DNA of 64,000 bases from an uncultured Gemmatimonadales bacterium (GTDB lineage Bacteria > Gemmatimonadota > Gemmatimonadetes > Palauibacterales > Palauibacteraceae): the NCBI GenBank assembly GCA_963807645.1, contig CAWECO010000003.1, positions 38,005-102,004 on the forward strand. Direction: 5' to 3'. The stretch's first letter is position 1. Each line of letters begins with the position of its first letter. Positions 27,703 through 36,644 of the stretch are shown piece by piece. Below the pieces are notes generated by a model. It ran no database searches. It saw only the letters and a program-made list of their open reading frames with translations, and was not told the DNA's origin. A program made the translations under genes and the position numbers.

Positions 27703-29676
27703 GTGGGTGAATTGAAGAGCGGAAGGCGATGGTTGGCGGCGGGCGGGCTGGTCATGGTTCTGGCCTTTACCTCTGCATGTGGCGACGACAATGGAACATC
27801 ACCGCCTCCGCCCCCGGACACATACAGCGTCGGGGGGTCGGTCTCGGGACTCACGGGTGGCGGCTTTACCCTCCAGTTGAACGGTGGAGCGGATCTGTCC
27901 GTCACGGCCGATGGGAGTTTCCAGTTCGCCACAGAACTGTCGGATGGATCCAACTATCTGGTGACCGTCTCCACGCAGCCAGCCGGTCACACGTGCACGG
28001 TGTCCAACGGCAACGGTACGATCGATGGGGCCAATGTCACCAATGTGTCCGTGACCTGCTCGGTCGAAACGTACTCTGTGGGTGGAGTCGTTGCAGGCCT
28101 CACGGGGGGCACGCTCGTTCTCCAGAACAACGGTGGGGACGACCTGTCCGTCACGGCTGACGGCAACTTTACGTTCGGCACGGAGCTGGCCAGCGGTTCG
28201 AGCTACCTTGTGAGCATCGCGGCGCAGCCCGCGGGACAGACGTGCTCGATGTCGAACGGAAGCGGCACGATTGCCAGCGTCGACGTGACGGATGTCGCCG
28301 TGAGCTGCAGCGCCAATACGTATACGGTGGGCGGCTCCCTGGCAGGCCTGACAGAAGGCACGGTCGTTCTGCAGAACAATGGCGGGGACGACCTGTCGCT
28401 CACCGCGGATGGAGGCTTCGAGTTCGTTACGGCTCTGACCGACGGTTCCAACTACCTCGTGACCGTGTCGGCGCAACCCGCGGGACTCACGTGCGCGGTG
28501 GCGAACGAGAGCGGTGCGATCAGCGGTGCGAACGTGACCGACATTGCGGTGACCTGCACCCTGAACACGTACACCGTCGGCGGTACGCTAAGTGGCCTCA
28601 GCGGCGGCACGGTGGTCCTCCAGAACAACGACGGCGACGACCTGTCGTTGTCGGCCAACGGTAGCTTCACCTTCGCCACAGCAGTCCCTCAAGGTGGCGC
28701 CTACAGCGTCACGGTCGCCGGTCAGCCCGTAGCCCAGACGTGTGTGGTGTCGAACGGAGCCGGGACGATCAACGCGGCCGACGTGACGAATGTGACCGTC
28801 AGCTGCACCCAGGTAGCTCCTCTCGTGAACAAGATCGTATTCCACAGCGAGCGCGACGGCGACTTCGAGATCTTCGCGATGGATCCGGACGGGACCAACG
28901 TCGTCCAGTTGACCAACAACAACCTCGACGACCTGTGGCCGGCGGTCTCTCCGGACGGGAGGTCAATCGCGTTCTTCACGAACCGGGACGGCAACCAGGA
29001 TATCTGGGTGATGAACGCGGACGGTTCCGGAGCGAGGCAGGTGACGAGTAGCTTGCGCTCCGATCGGCAGCCGGCGTGGTCGCCCGATGGCAGCCGCATC
29101 GCCTTCCACAGAGTCGTGAATGGCTTCAAGGAGATCTATACCGTTCGGCTCGATGGGACGGACGAGCGTCGTCTCACGGACAACGACTTCAACGACGCGG
29201 AACCGGCCTGGTCACCGGACGGCCTGACGATGGCGTTCACTTCGGACCGAGATGGAAGCGCCGAGATCTATACGATGAGCGCCCTGGACGGTGAGACCGT
29301 CGGCCTCGCGAACCTGACCAACAATCCTGGGCGGGACAGTCATCCCGACTGGTCTCCGGATGGCACCAGGCTCATGTTTGACAGAAACAACGAGGACGTA
29401 GATGGCACCTGGCTCGGTGGTGCAGAGATCATGTGCATGGCGTCGGACGGGACAGGTGTGGTCCAAATGACCGCGGACGCGACGGGAATCACAGAGTTCC
29501 AGCCTCGCTGGTCCCCCAATGGCGCGCGTGTGGTGTTTGTCAGCGACCAGGATGGACTCCTGGTGAACAACGAGCTTTATGTCGCTGACACGAACGCGTG
29601 TGCCGCTCCGCTAAGCGGTGTGAGTCGAGTGACGATCTCCGCAGGTAAGGATGAGGCAGGCGCCTGGTCGCCGTGA
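27703..29676 (+). CDS. surface lipoprotein: 4 tandem 83-aa beta-sandwich-like repeats + TolB-like (PD40/WD40-like) beta-propeller
   Basis: Signal/lipobox LVMVLAFTSAC, then a PPPPP linker. Four copies of TY[ST]VGG..GLTGG..VLQNNGGDDLS.TADG.F.F...L..GS.YLVT...QPAG.TC.VSNG.GTI....VT.V.V.C. Then repeated PD40 units (FHSERDGDFEIFAMDPDGTNVVQLT, PAVSPDGRSIAFFTNRDGNQDIWVMNADGSG, PAWSPDGSRIAF ..). Confidence 0.8.
   Translation: MGELKSGRRWLAAGGLVMVLAFTSACGDDNGTSPPPPPDTYSVGGSVSGLTGGGFTLQLNGGADLSVTADGSFQFATELSDGSNYLVTVSTQPAGHTCTVSNGNGTIDGANVTNVSVTCSVETYSVGGVVAGLTGGTLVLQNNGGDDLSVTADGNFTFGTELASGSSYLVSIAAQPAGQTCSMSNGSGTIASVDVTDVAVSCSANTYTVGGSLAGLTEGTVVLQNNGGDDLSLTADGGFEFVTALTDGSNYLVTVSAQPAGLTCAVANESGAISGANVTDIAVTCTLNTYTVGGTLSGLSGGTVVLQNNDGDDLSLSANGSFTFATAVPQGGAYSVTVAGQPVAQTCVVSNGAGTINAADVTNVTVSCTQVAPLVNKIVFHSERDGDFEIFAMDPDGTNVVQLTNNNLDDLWPAVSPDGRSIAFFTNRDGNQDIWVMNADGSGARQVTSSLRSDRQPAWSPDGSRIAFHRVVNGFKEIYTVRLDGTDERRLTDNDFNDAEPAWSPDGLTMAFTSDRDGSAEIYTMSALDGETVGLANLTNNPGRDSHPDWSPDGTRLMFDRNNEDVDGTWLGGAEIMCMASDGTGVVQMTADATGITEFQPRWSPNGARVVFVSDQDGLLVNNELYVADTNACAAPLSGVSRVTISAGKDEAGAWSP
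27820..28815 (+). repeat. 4 x 249-bp in-frame tandem repeat inside the lipoprotein gene
   Basis: Repeat units start at 27820, 28069, 28318 and 28567, each at the ACG TAC codons of TY[ST]VGG. The period is exactly 249 nt. Copies are diverged (roughly half to two-thirds of residues shared). Confidence 0.85.
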
Positions 29677-29860
29677 GGTTCGCTGGAGTGTGTGAATATG
29701 AGGCAGGGGCCGTTCTCGGCCCCTGCCTCGCCGTTTGTACCATGGTCACCGCTTGCACGTCGGCCACCGCCGCGAGGACCGCGGATGAGTGCCAGCTTCT
29801 TCGGTCCTGGTCCCGGAGCCCGACACGCCGGGACGGTCTGATGAACGACGGAGAGGGCCC

Positions 29861-31489
29861 TTGAGCGACGAAGCACGACGTACCCCAGAAGACCGTGAGT
29901 GGGTGCTCGTCAGGAGAATCTGGTGGATCGGCGGCCTGCTGCTGATTCTCGCCTGGACCAGCTATGTCTTGTTCGTTCCAGCGCTGATTCGTTCGGCCTA
30001 TCTGGGCCAGAGTCTGCCGGTACTCAACCGGATGATCACCGGACAAGAGATACACTCGGTCGAGTTCTATCTGGCGCGGTGGGGTGTAGTTGGAGCCAAC
30101 GTGGCGAGCTATCTGACCGTGTTGCTGGTTCTCACGACGCCGCTGCTGTTCGTATCGCCGCGGTCTGCGGGAAGGGTCAGACTCGGCGGAGGCTCGCTCT
30201 CGACTCATTCATCGACCGCATGGAGCTGGGCCATCGTTGGTCTTCCCGTGCTGCTCACTCTCTATTTGTTCTACATGCAGCCTGTCGCATTTGTCCTCTT
30301 CGTGCACGAGGACTATTGGGCCGAGTGGGCGACCTCGTTCTTCTTCTCCGCCGCGTTTCTGTATCTGCTCTTCGCCATGGTCATCGATCCGACACGCAGG
30401 AAGTGGGGGTACGCTCTACTTGCGCTTGCCGCCTTCTTCGTGGCCGGGGAGGAATTCAGCTGGGGGCAGCGAATGCTGGGAGTCGGATCGACCCGGTTCT
30501 TCGCGGAGAACAACGTCCAGCGAGAAATGAACCTGCACAATCTGGCGCCCAATCCATCTTCAGGGCTGATTGCGGTGGCGATCTTGGTCTGGGTTGTCGG
30601 CATTGGGTGGGCCGCGAAGCGAGCGCCCTATGTATCACGCTGGGTCGAACGCATCGGCATTCCCCTGCCGCCACGCCGTCTCCGTCCTCTGTTCTACGCC
30701 TGCGCGGCGGTGCTATTCCTGTCCCACTTCCCCAACCTCGTGCCGAAGATCACTGAAATCGGAGAGCTTCTGTTCGGGTGTGCGGTGGCGGCCCTGTCGC
30801 TTCACATCGCGCTCGAGAGCGCGGCAAGAGGCACTCCGAAGAGGGCGCTGACCATTGTGTCCACGGGAACCCTGGTTACCGTGGTCGGGATTTCGACTGT
30901 GGCCTTTGTGAGCATCGCGGGCGCCAGGGACGCGGGCCCGTACTTGCACGCCTACGCGATTGATCGATACCCGGAGAGGCGGTTGTACGCCCAGGCCGGA
31001 GAGATCTTCCGCTACCTGGAGGGTCACGAAGATCTGCTGGCTGACACGACGCTGATTGAGGCAGCGCGGGTGTTGAAGGCAAGCGGTGACGAGGATGGAG
31101 CAGCGACCATGATGGAGTTGGCGCTCGAGCGCGCCCTCGAAGCCCGGGAGGCGGATGCCGAGGCTCCCGAACCGGCGCGGGTCGTCATGGTAGCCCACAT
31201 GCTCATGGAGCATGAGGAGGAGGCGGAGGTTGCCAGAGCAGTTGCTCTCGGGAGAGACTCTCTTCGACTTCGCTCGGCGCTGACCGGCCGTGAGAGAGCC
31301 GATGTTCATTGGTCGATGGCCATCACCCGCCTCAAGGCGGGGCAGGTGCAGGCAGCGCTCCGGGAGGTCGAGAAAGCCTGTTCACTCGCGTCCGGGGGGA
31401 CGGCAATGAGGATCGACAGGTGGACCACACTGCACCTGGGCGACGCCGCGCCGAACGGATGTCGGGGATCATTGCCATCCGGGGACTAA
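29861..31489 (+). CDS. hypothetical polytopic membrane protein with helical-repeat (TPR-like) C-terminal domain
   Basis: About 9 TM helices, a conserved-looking FVAGEEFSWGQRMLG loop and an Ala/Glu/Leu-rich C-terminal third. GGAGAGGG precedes TTG 29861. The ORF is open from 29789. No family assigned. Confidence 0.55.
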   Translation: MSDEARRTPEDREWVLVRRIWWIGGLLLILAWTSYVLFVPALIRSAYLGQSLPVLNRMITGQEIHSVEFYLARWGVVGANVASYLTVLLVLTTPLLFVSPRSAGRVRLGGGSLSTHSSTAWSWAIVGLPVLLTLYLFYMQPVAFVLFVHEDYWAEWATSFFFSAAFLYLLFAMVIDPTRRKWGYALLALAAFFVAGEEFSWGQRMLGVGSTRFFAENNVQREMNLHNLAPNPSSGLIAVAILVWVVGIGWAAKRAPYVSRWVERIGIPLPPRRLRPLFYACAAVLFLSHFPNLVPKITEIGELLFGCAVAALSLHIALESAARGTPKRALTIVSTGTLVTVVGISTVAFVSIAGARDAGPYLHAYAIDRYPERRLYAQAGEIFRYLEGHEDLLADTTLIEAARVLKASGDEDGAATMMELALERALEAREADAEAPEPARVVMVAHMLMEHEEEAEVARAVALGRDSLRLRSALTGRERADVHWSMAITRLKAGQVQAALREVEKACSLASGGTAMRIDRWTTLHLGDAAPNGCRGSLPSGD

Positions 31490-31514
31490 TCCAACCAGGG
31501 AACGGCTGGCTCGA

Positions 31515-32117
31515 GTGCAGAAAACGCAGTATACGGGGTCCGAGTCCGGGGTGGAACGGCTGAAACTGCCCAGACCGACGCTGGTCCTCTTGGCGGGAGT
31601 CGCCGGCTCGGGAAAATCGAGCGTCGCCCGCGGGCTCCTGGAACATCTGCAGGCAGTCTACCTGGACAACAACTTCATTGCCGACGCTTTCTTTCCAGAT
31701 ACCCGCCGGGGCGTCGACTACCGACAATTTAGGCCGCGCTTGTACAGGGCACTGTATAGGATTGCCGGCGAGAATCTCAATGTGGGCAACAGCGTGCTCC
31801 TGGACGCTCCCCACATCCGCCAGAGTCGGAGCGCTCTCTGGTACCGTTCGATGCTGTTGCGCACCAAGGAAGCCGCTGCAGATCTCGTCATGATCAGGTG
31901 TGTGGCGTCGGAGGGAGAAATCAGGCGGCGCCTGGAGTCCCGCGGAGAGGCAAGAGATCGCTGGAAGCTGCAGAACTGGGATGCTCACGTTCACTCGCAG
32001 CCGATCAGGGGGACGCTTCCGCATCCCCACCTGGATCTACCGACGGAGCGACCTATTGAGGAGACCGTACAGGAGGCTCTCAGCTACATTCTGGCCAGAG
32101 CGGCCACGGTCAATTAG
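31515..32117 (+). CDS. P-loop NTPase / small-molecule-kinase-like protein (AAA_33-like)
   Basis: Walker A LLAGVAGSGKSSVARGL followed by VYLDNNF.. and VLLDAPH, about 200 aa. It converges on and overlaps by 4 nt the stop of the priming transferase gene. Confidence 0.6.
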   Translation: MQKTQYTGSESGVERLKLPRPTLVLLAGVAGSGKSSVARGLLEHLQAVYLDNNFIADAFFPDTRRGVDYRQFRPRLYRALYRIAGENLNVGNSVLLDAPHIRQSRSALWYRSMLLRTKEAAADLVMIRCVASEGEIRRRLESRGEARDRWKLQNWDAHVHSQPIRGTLPHPHLDLPTERPIEETVQEALSYILARAATVN

Positions 32118-32914
32118 CGAGCACCTCTGCACCTGAGGACGACCGGAACGGTCCGGGCAAGGACGGCCACGTCCAACCAGAAGGAACGCCGCGCAATATA
32201 CTCGAGGTCGCGCTCCAGTTTGCGCTCGACCTCCGCCAACGTTCCACCATAGCCGCATGTGATCTGAGCAAGCCCAGTAATCCCGGGCCGCATCCTCTGT
32301 CGCTCGGGGAATTCCTCGAGCTGCTCTCTGAGGCGGGCCAAAATGTCAGGCTGCTCCGGCCGTGGGCCTACGATGTTCATGTCGCCCGTGATCACGTTGA
32401 ACAGCTGGGGTGTCTCGTCCAAACGGTGGGCTCGAAGCACTCGGCCCAACGGGGTGATTCGGCAGTCATTCTGCCGTGTCCACACCTGATGCGAAGGTGG
32501 GCCCGCTTCCCGGGACATCGTCCTGAACTTATAGATCGTGAACGGCCGGCCGCCGAGATCCCGCCGACGTCGGTCTCCGATCGTCGATCTGCCGCTATCG
32601 CGTCGGTCGAGGCCAATCCTCCGCTGCGTGTAAAGTACGGGGCCGCGTGAGCTCAACTTCACGGCCAGCGCAACTAGAATCATCAACGGTGCAGCGACCG
32701 CCAGGGCCAAAGCGGCGGCGATCACATTGCCCGCACGGGATGATCCCCGGGGAGTCTGCTTTGTTGCGGTTCGCCCCTCTTCCACCAGGGGATTGGCGAT
32801 CGGTTGCCGGCGGGTCGCTGAGCTCGAATGGTGGTTGCGGCGATGTCGAATCCGCGGTGAAGGCTCAATCGCCCCGCGTCCCGCATCTGCTTCTTGAAGC
32901 TGTGACACCTGCAC
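32114..32914 (-). CDS. undecaprenyl-phosphate sugar-1-phosphate transferase (Bac_transf family, priming enzyme)
   Basis: One TM helix (AAALALAVAAPLMILVALAV), then SSRGPVLYTQRRIGL, RPFTIYKFRTM, DETPQLFNVITGDMNIVGPRP and MRPGITGLAQI. Confidence 0.85.
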   Translation of the reverse strand: MQVSQLQEADAGRGAIEPSPRIRHRRNHHSSSATRRQPIANPLVEEGRTATKQTPRGSSRAGNVIAAALALAVAAPLMILVALAVKLSSRGPVLYTQRRIGLDRRDSGRSTIGDRRRRDLGGRPFTIYKFRTMSREAGPPSHQVWTRQNDCRITPLGRVLRAHRLDETPQLFNVITGDMNIVGPRPEQPDILARLREQLEEFPERQRMRPGITGLAQITCGYGGTLAEVERKLERDLEYIARRSFWLDVAVLARTVPVVLRCRGAR

Positions 32915-33107
32915 TCAAACCTCCAGTACAGTCTACGGCCGGGGGGCGGTGCCGAGACACCGCTGGAGAAAAGGCACGAGGACCCATTCGGCCAGCACAT
33001 GGATCTCGCAGCCCTCCCGCCCTCTACAATCTACACTACCGTCTCTCTGATCGCACAGCTCTCCACGCTCCGCCGGCGGGCTCCGTGCACCTGTCAGTTG
33101 GCAAGCA

Positions 33108-33845
33108 CTACGCATCGGGTGCTTCGAGCCTCTCTCGGCAGTAGTCGTAGATCAGATAGTCCACGTGGTTCTGGATCCTGAACTCACGGATGAACTCGCG
33201 GTCGAGCTCTACCCTGTCTCTCGCTGTTCTCGACCTGTTGGCGCGGGGAAGCCGTATCCTGGGACGACCCACCAGGTTCGCCAGCCTGTCAAACGATTCC
33301 TGCATCCGCTCGGTAACACCTATGAAGAAATAGCGCGACAGGACGCGATCAACATCCTCCGCTGCACACGGAAACCGATTCGCCATGAAGTTCGGCCTCG
33401 TGAGCAGTTCATCCTCGATCGACTGCGTTCCAAAATCCTTGCCCTTCCTCTTCTCCCAGAAATAGAGCGACAACTTGATTTCCAGCGGGTCACGAACAAA
33501 TGTGAACAATCGATATTTCCGCTCGGTCAGGATCTCGGGATATCGCTCGTGTAAGTACTCTCCCGGAACGGCCCAATGTCCGGCCAGGCAGTCGTTGGCA
33601 CGAATACGCGACAGATCCAGGGGTGGACCGGCGACGTGTCCGGCTGTCCAGTCGTTCGGGTCCACTCGAACCCGACCATCGTGGATTCGATAGAACCAGC
33701 AGGGGAGTACCCTGTTCACAGACGAACCACCGGTCTTCGGAATGTGGTGGAAGACATAGACGGGTGCCGTTCCGACGGGTGTAAGATGGTGTCGAACTGT
33801 ACGATACAGTCTTCGAAGACGTAGCACAGGCGGCGAATGGTTCAA
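33108..33845 (-). CDS. sulfotransferase (Sulfotransfer_2-like)
   Basis: 5-prime-PSB loop VFHHIPKTGGSSVNRVL and 3-prime-PB-like RLFTFVRDPLEIKLSLYFW. 245 aa, no TM segment. Confidence 0.7.
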   Translation of the reverse strand: MNHSPPVLRLRRLYRTVRHHLTPVGTAPVYVFHHIPKTGGSSVNRVLPCWFYRIHDGRVRVDPNDWTAGHVAGPPLDLSRIRANDCLAGHWAVPGEYLHERYPEILTERKYRLFTFVRDPLEIKLSLYFWEKRKGKDFGTQSIEDELLTRPNFMANRFPCAAEDVDRVLSRYFFIGVTERMQESFDRLANLVGRPRIRLPRANRSRTARDRVELDREFIREFRIQNHVDYLIYDYCRERLEAPDA

Positions 33846-33860
33846 GATGTGTTGCTCCGG

Positions 33861-34784
33861 TCAAGTTGCACCGTTCAGCCCGGCGGCTCGGCCTGCCAGG
33901 AGGCTCGGGTCCGGGGTCGCCGTGGGGGGAACCACGACCACCGGTTCCTCGAACCGATCTAGAATCGCCGTTGTGTGCGATCCAAAGAAGAAGTCGCGGA
34001 GACGCCCCCGCCCGAAAGCGCCCATGAACAGGCAGTCAGCTCCCCATCTCACGCGGGCCTCCGCGACTGCTTCAGCAGGGTCCATCTCGAGCCTCGCCGA
34101 CTCCCACGTTACGCCGGATTCCGCCAGCGCGCGGTGCGCGTTCTCCAGGCTCTGATCCGCGGACTCACCGCCCGCGTGGACAAGGCGCAACTGCCCGCTG
34201 GTCTCCAGCGCGTACTGAGCTGCCAGGTTGGTCGCTCGCAGCGCTCCGGGGCCGCTGTCCCAGGCCACCAGTGGCAAGCTGGGAGGGTCGCAAGGCGGCA
34301 CACACTCGCCAGCGACTCCAGCCGAAGGACCGACAAGCACCGGGCATGGAGCCCGGTGAAGTACACGCCAAAGAGTGGCTCCCAGGGATCGACTGCCGAA
34401 GCCCGCATGCTCTCCCCTACGCCCCATCACGAGCAGATCCGCATCGGCCGCACGGTCCAAGATCGCGTCTTCCGCCACGCCGATTTCCACGCACCGCTCG
34501 ATTCTGTCCAGGCCGGCCCGCTCTGCCGCGCTGTGGAACTCAGCCAGGGTAAAGTCCGCTCGCTCGCGATACAGACGCATCACCTCGGGCTGGAAGGGCC
34601 GGCCCGTCACTTCGCCCCACAGCGGCGACAGTGTCTCGACGGCGGGTCCCTCGACGACTCGCACGTCGATTACGGCAAGCCCTGTGACCTGAGCCCGCAC
34701 GAGCTTCGCGATACGGAGACCCAACTCCCCCGCGTACCTGGCTTCCTCTGATCCGTCCAGCGCGATGAAGATGCGATCGAACAC
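33861..34784 (-). CDS. tandem-domain universal stress protein (UspA family)
   Basis: MFDRIFIALDGSEEARYA.., LLVMGRRGEHAGFGSRSLGATLWRVLHRAPCPVLV, and a second Usp domain ending LFMGAFGRGRLRDFFFGSHTTAILDRFEEPVVVV. Confidence 0.8.
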   Translation of the reverse strand: MFDRIFIALDGSEEARYAGELGLRIAKLVRAQVTGLAVIDVRVVEGPAVETLSPLWGEVTGRPFQPEVMRLYRERADFTLAEFHSAAERAGLDRIERCVEIGVAEDAILDRAADADLLVMGRRGEHAGFGSRSLGATLWRVLHRAPCPVLVGPSAGVAGECVPPCDPPSLPLVAWDSGPGALRATNLAAQYALETSGQLRLVHAGGESADQSLENAHRALAESGVTWESARLEMDPAEAVAEARVRWGADCLFMGAFGRGRLRDFFFGSHTTAILDRFEEPVVVVPPTATPDPSLLAGRAAGLNGAT

Positions 34785-34796
34785 GAACTCACTCCG

Positions 34797-35543
34797 CTAC
34801 TTCAGGTGATGCCCTCCGTCCACCTTGATGATTTCGCCCGTTACGTAGGGAGCCCGGTCCAGGTACAGGACCGCACCCGCCACGTCGTCCGGTGTGCCGA
34901 TTCGACCGAGAACCGTTCGATCGGCGGCACGGCGTTCATCCCGCTCGGAAGATTCAGAGTCCGGAAGAAGGATGGGTCCCGGGGCCACAGCGTTGACTCT
35001 GATATCCGGCGCCCAGGCTCGGGCCAGGCCTTTGGTGAGGCTGACGAGCGCAGATTTGCTCGCCACGTAGGGCACGTAGGCTGGCCACGCCTCGTCCGCC
35101 CCCGTATCCGTGATGTTCACGATCGAGGAACCCGGCTGCATCCGGCTGGCAGCCTGCTGCGCACACAGAAACGGCGCCCGCGTGTTGACTTGGAACACCT
35201 TGTCCCAGTCCTCGGGTGACACAGTCAGCGCGTCGTCTCGTGGAAAGATAGCGGCGCTGTTTACCAGAAGGTCGATTCCACCGAGCCGTTGGTCGACCTC
35301 CGCGAACATGCTCTGGATCTGCGCAGGATCCATGAGATCGGCCCGGAACGCCTGTGCGTGTCCGCCCATTGTGTTGAGATCTCGCACGGTCGCAGCCGCA
35401 TCGCCCTGAGAAGTCCGATAGTGAACCCCCACCCGATAGCCGGCCCGTCCGAGAGCCAGGGAAATCGACCTTCCAACGCGCACAGCGCCACCGGTCACGA
35501 GGGCCCGGCGGCCGCTCATGTGCGTATCAAATTCATGGTCCAC
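34797..35543 (-). CDS. SDR-family oxidoreductase (short-chain dehydrogenase/reductase)
   Basis: ALVTGGAVRVGRSISLALGRAGYRV (TGxxxxxG), NSAA, and YVASKSAL (YxxxK). Confidence 0.85.
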   Translation of the reverse strand: MDHEFDTHMSGRRALVTGGAVRVGRSISLALGRAGYRVGVHYRTSQGDAAATVRDLNTMGGHAQAFRADLMDPAQIQSMFAEVDQRLGGIDLLVNSAAIFPRDDALTVSPEDWDKVFQVNTRAPFLCAQQAASRMQPGSSIVNITDTGADEAWPAYVPYVASKSALVSLTKGLARAWAPDIRVNAVAPGPILLPDSESSERDERRAADRTVLGRIGTPDDVAGAVLYLDRAPYVTGEIIKVDGGHHLK

Positions 35544-35682
35544 TTCGGGGATCCAGGGTGCAGGTGATCCTCCTTGGACGGGGCGTGTGTGCCCCGTCCA
35601 CCGCCGTGCCTGAACCTAGCGACCTGAGGCCTGGCGCCCAAACCGAGACTGCTTTGATACCGGCGAATCCTCCAGCCGACGT

Positions 35683-36412
35683 TCACTCGTCATGTGGGAC
35701 GTTGACGCCGGGCTGATGCTCGGGTGGGGCGATGGACTTCACCCGAACGGACTTCGCGGGAATCCCCACGTTCACGTGATACGGCCTCACGTCCCGCGTC
35801 GCGAGCGCCCTTGCGCCCACCATCCCGTGGGCCCCGACGTGGACTCCGGCCAGGACTACGGCTCCGTACGTGATTCGCACGTCACTGCCGATCACCGTGG
35901 GAACGCAGGTTACTTCGTTGATCTCGTTGATCGAATGCGTGTGACTGAACACGGCGGCGTAGTCCGAGATCGAAACGCGGTCACCGATCACGATGCCTCC
36001 TCGATCGTCCAGATGAACGTTGCGGTGAATCACGACATCGTCTCCGACCTCCAGGTTGTAGCCGAAGGAGAACCGGGTCGATGTCCCTGCAGTACTCCGG
36101 CTCGAGCGTCGCATGGCGCGGGTCGAGATTGGCAAGCGCCGCCCGGGTCGAGGCCGGCAGGCGGGACTCATCCGTCCCTTCCGCAAGAGAGGGGAAGTAG
36201 ATCTCTTGGAGCACCTTGCGCACGGTTACGCTCCGGTCCTGGTCCCCGTCACCCAGGTCCCGCTCGATCTGAGCGAGCCAGGCATCGTAGATATCCGCGG
36301 ATTCTCCAGCGATCGACAAATCCCGCAGCGGCAAATAGGTCACCCGACACCTCCATTCTCGTACCCAAGAGAGATCGAATGCTCGGTCATTCGATCCCTT
36401 CATAATCGCCAT
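35683..36412 (-). CDS. hexapeptide-repeat (LbH) acyltransferase, interrupted by one frameshift in this sequence
   Basis: The C-terminal part reads FSFGYNLEVGDDVVIHRNVHLDDRGGIVIGDRVSISDYAAVFSHTH..VIGSDVRITYGAVVLAGVHVGAHGMVGARALATRDV. The N-terminal 110 aa (MAIMKGSNDRAF..LEPEYCRDI) are in another frame. The break is near 36065-36085. Confidence 0.65.
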
Positions 36413-36644
36413 GATGCCGAGGCGTTGGAATCCCGTGATCGTCGACCGGTCACGGATGAGCCGCGCCCCTGGCAAGTCTGCACCCGGCAACCGATGTTCG
36501 TCGTTTATCGTTCCCGTGGGACAAATGGACGCTGGAGGCTACCTTATCCGACGGATCGTCAGAGGTCTTTGAAACTTTCGGCGTTTTGCCACGAAGTATG
36601 AGGGAGCGGGCATCGGTGCTCGCTAGCAAACGGAAGAGGAGCGG

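Noticed and set aside
29861-31489. Exosortase (EpsH) / PEP-CTERM system
   Set aside because: The locus composition (two AsnB-like genes, EpsB-like transferase, Wzz and kinase) is reminiscent of exosortase loci. However, the only candidate membrane protein lacks recognisable exosortase motifs, and no protein in the window ends in a PEP-CTERM sorting signal.
31515-32117. APS kinase (CysC) supplying PAPS for the sulfotransferases
   Set aside because: Only the Walker A loop is shared. The CysC-specific LDGDNxR and DRxENIRR motifs are absent. It is therefore called only a generic P-loop kinase-like protein.
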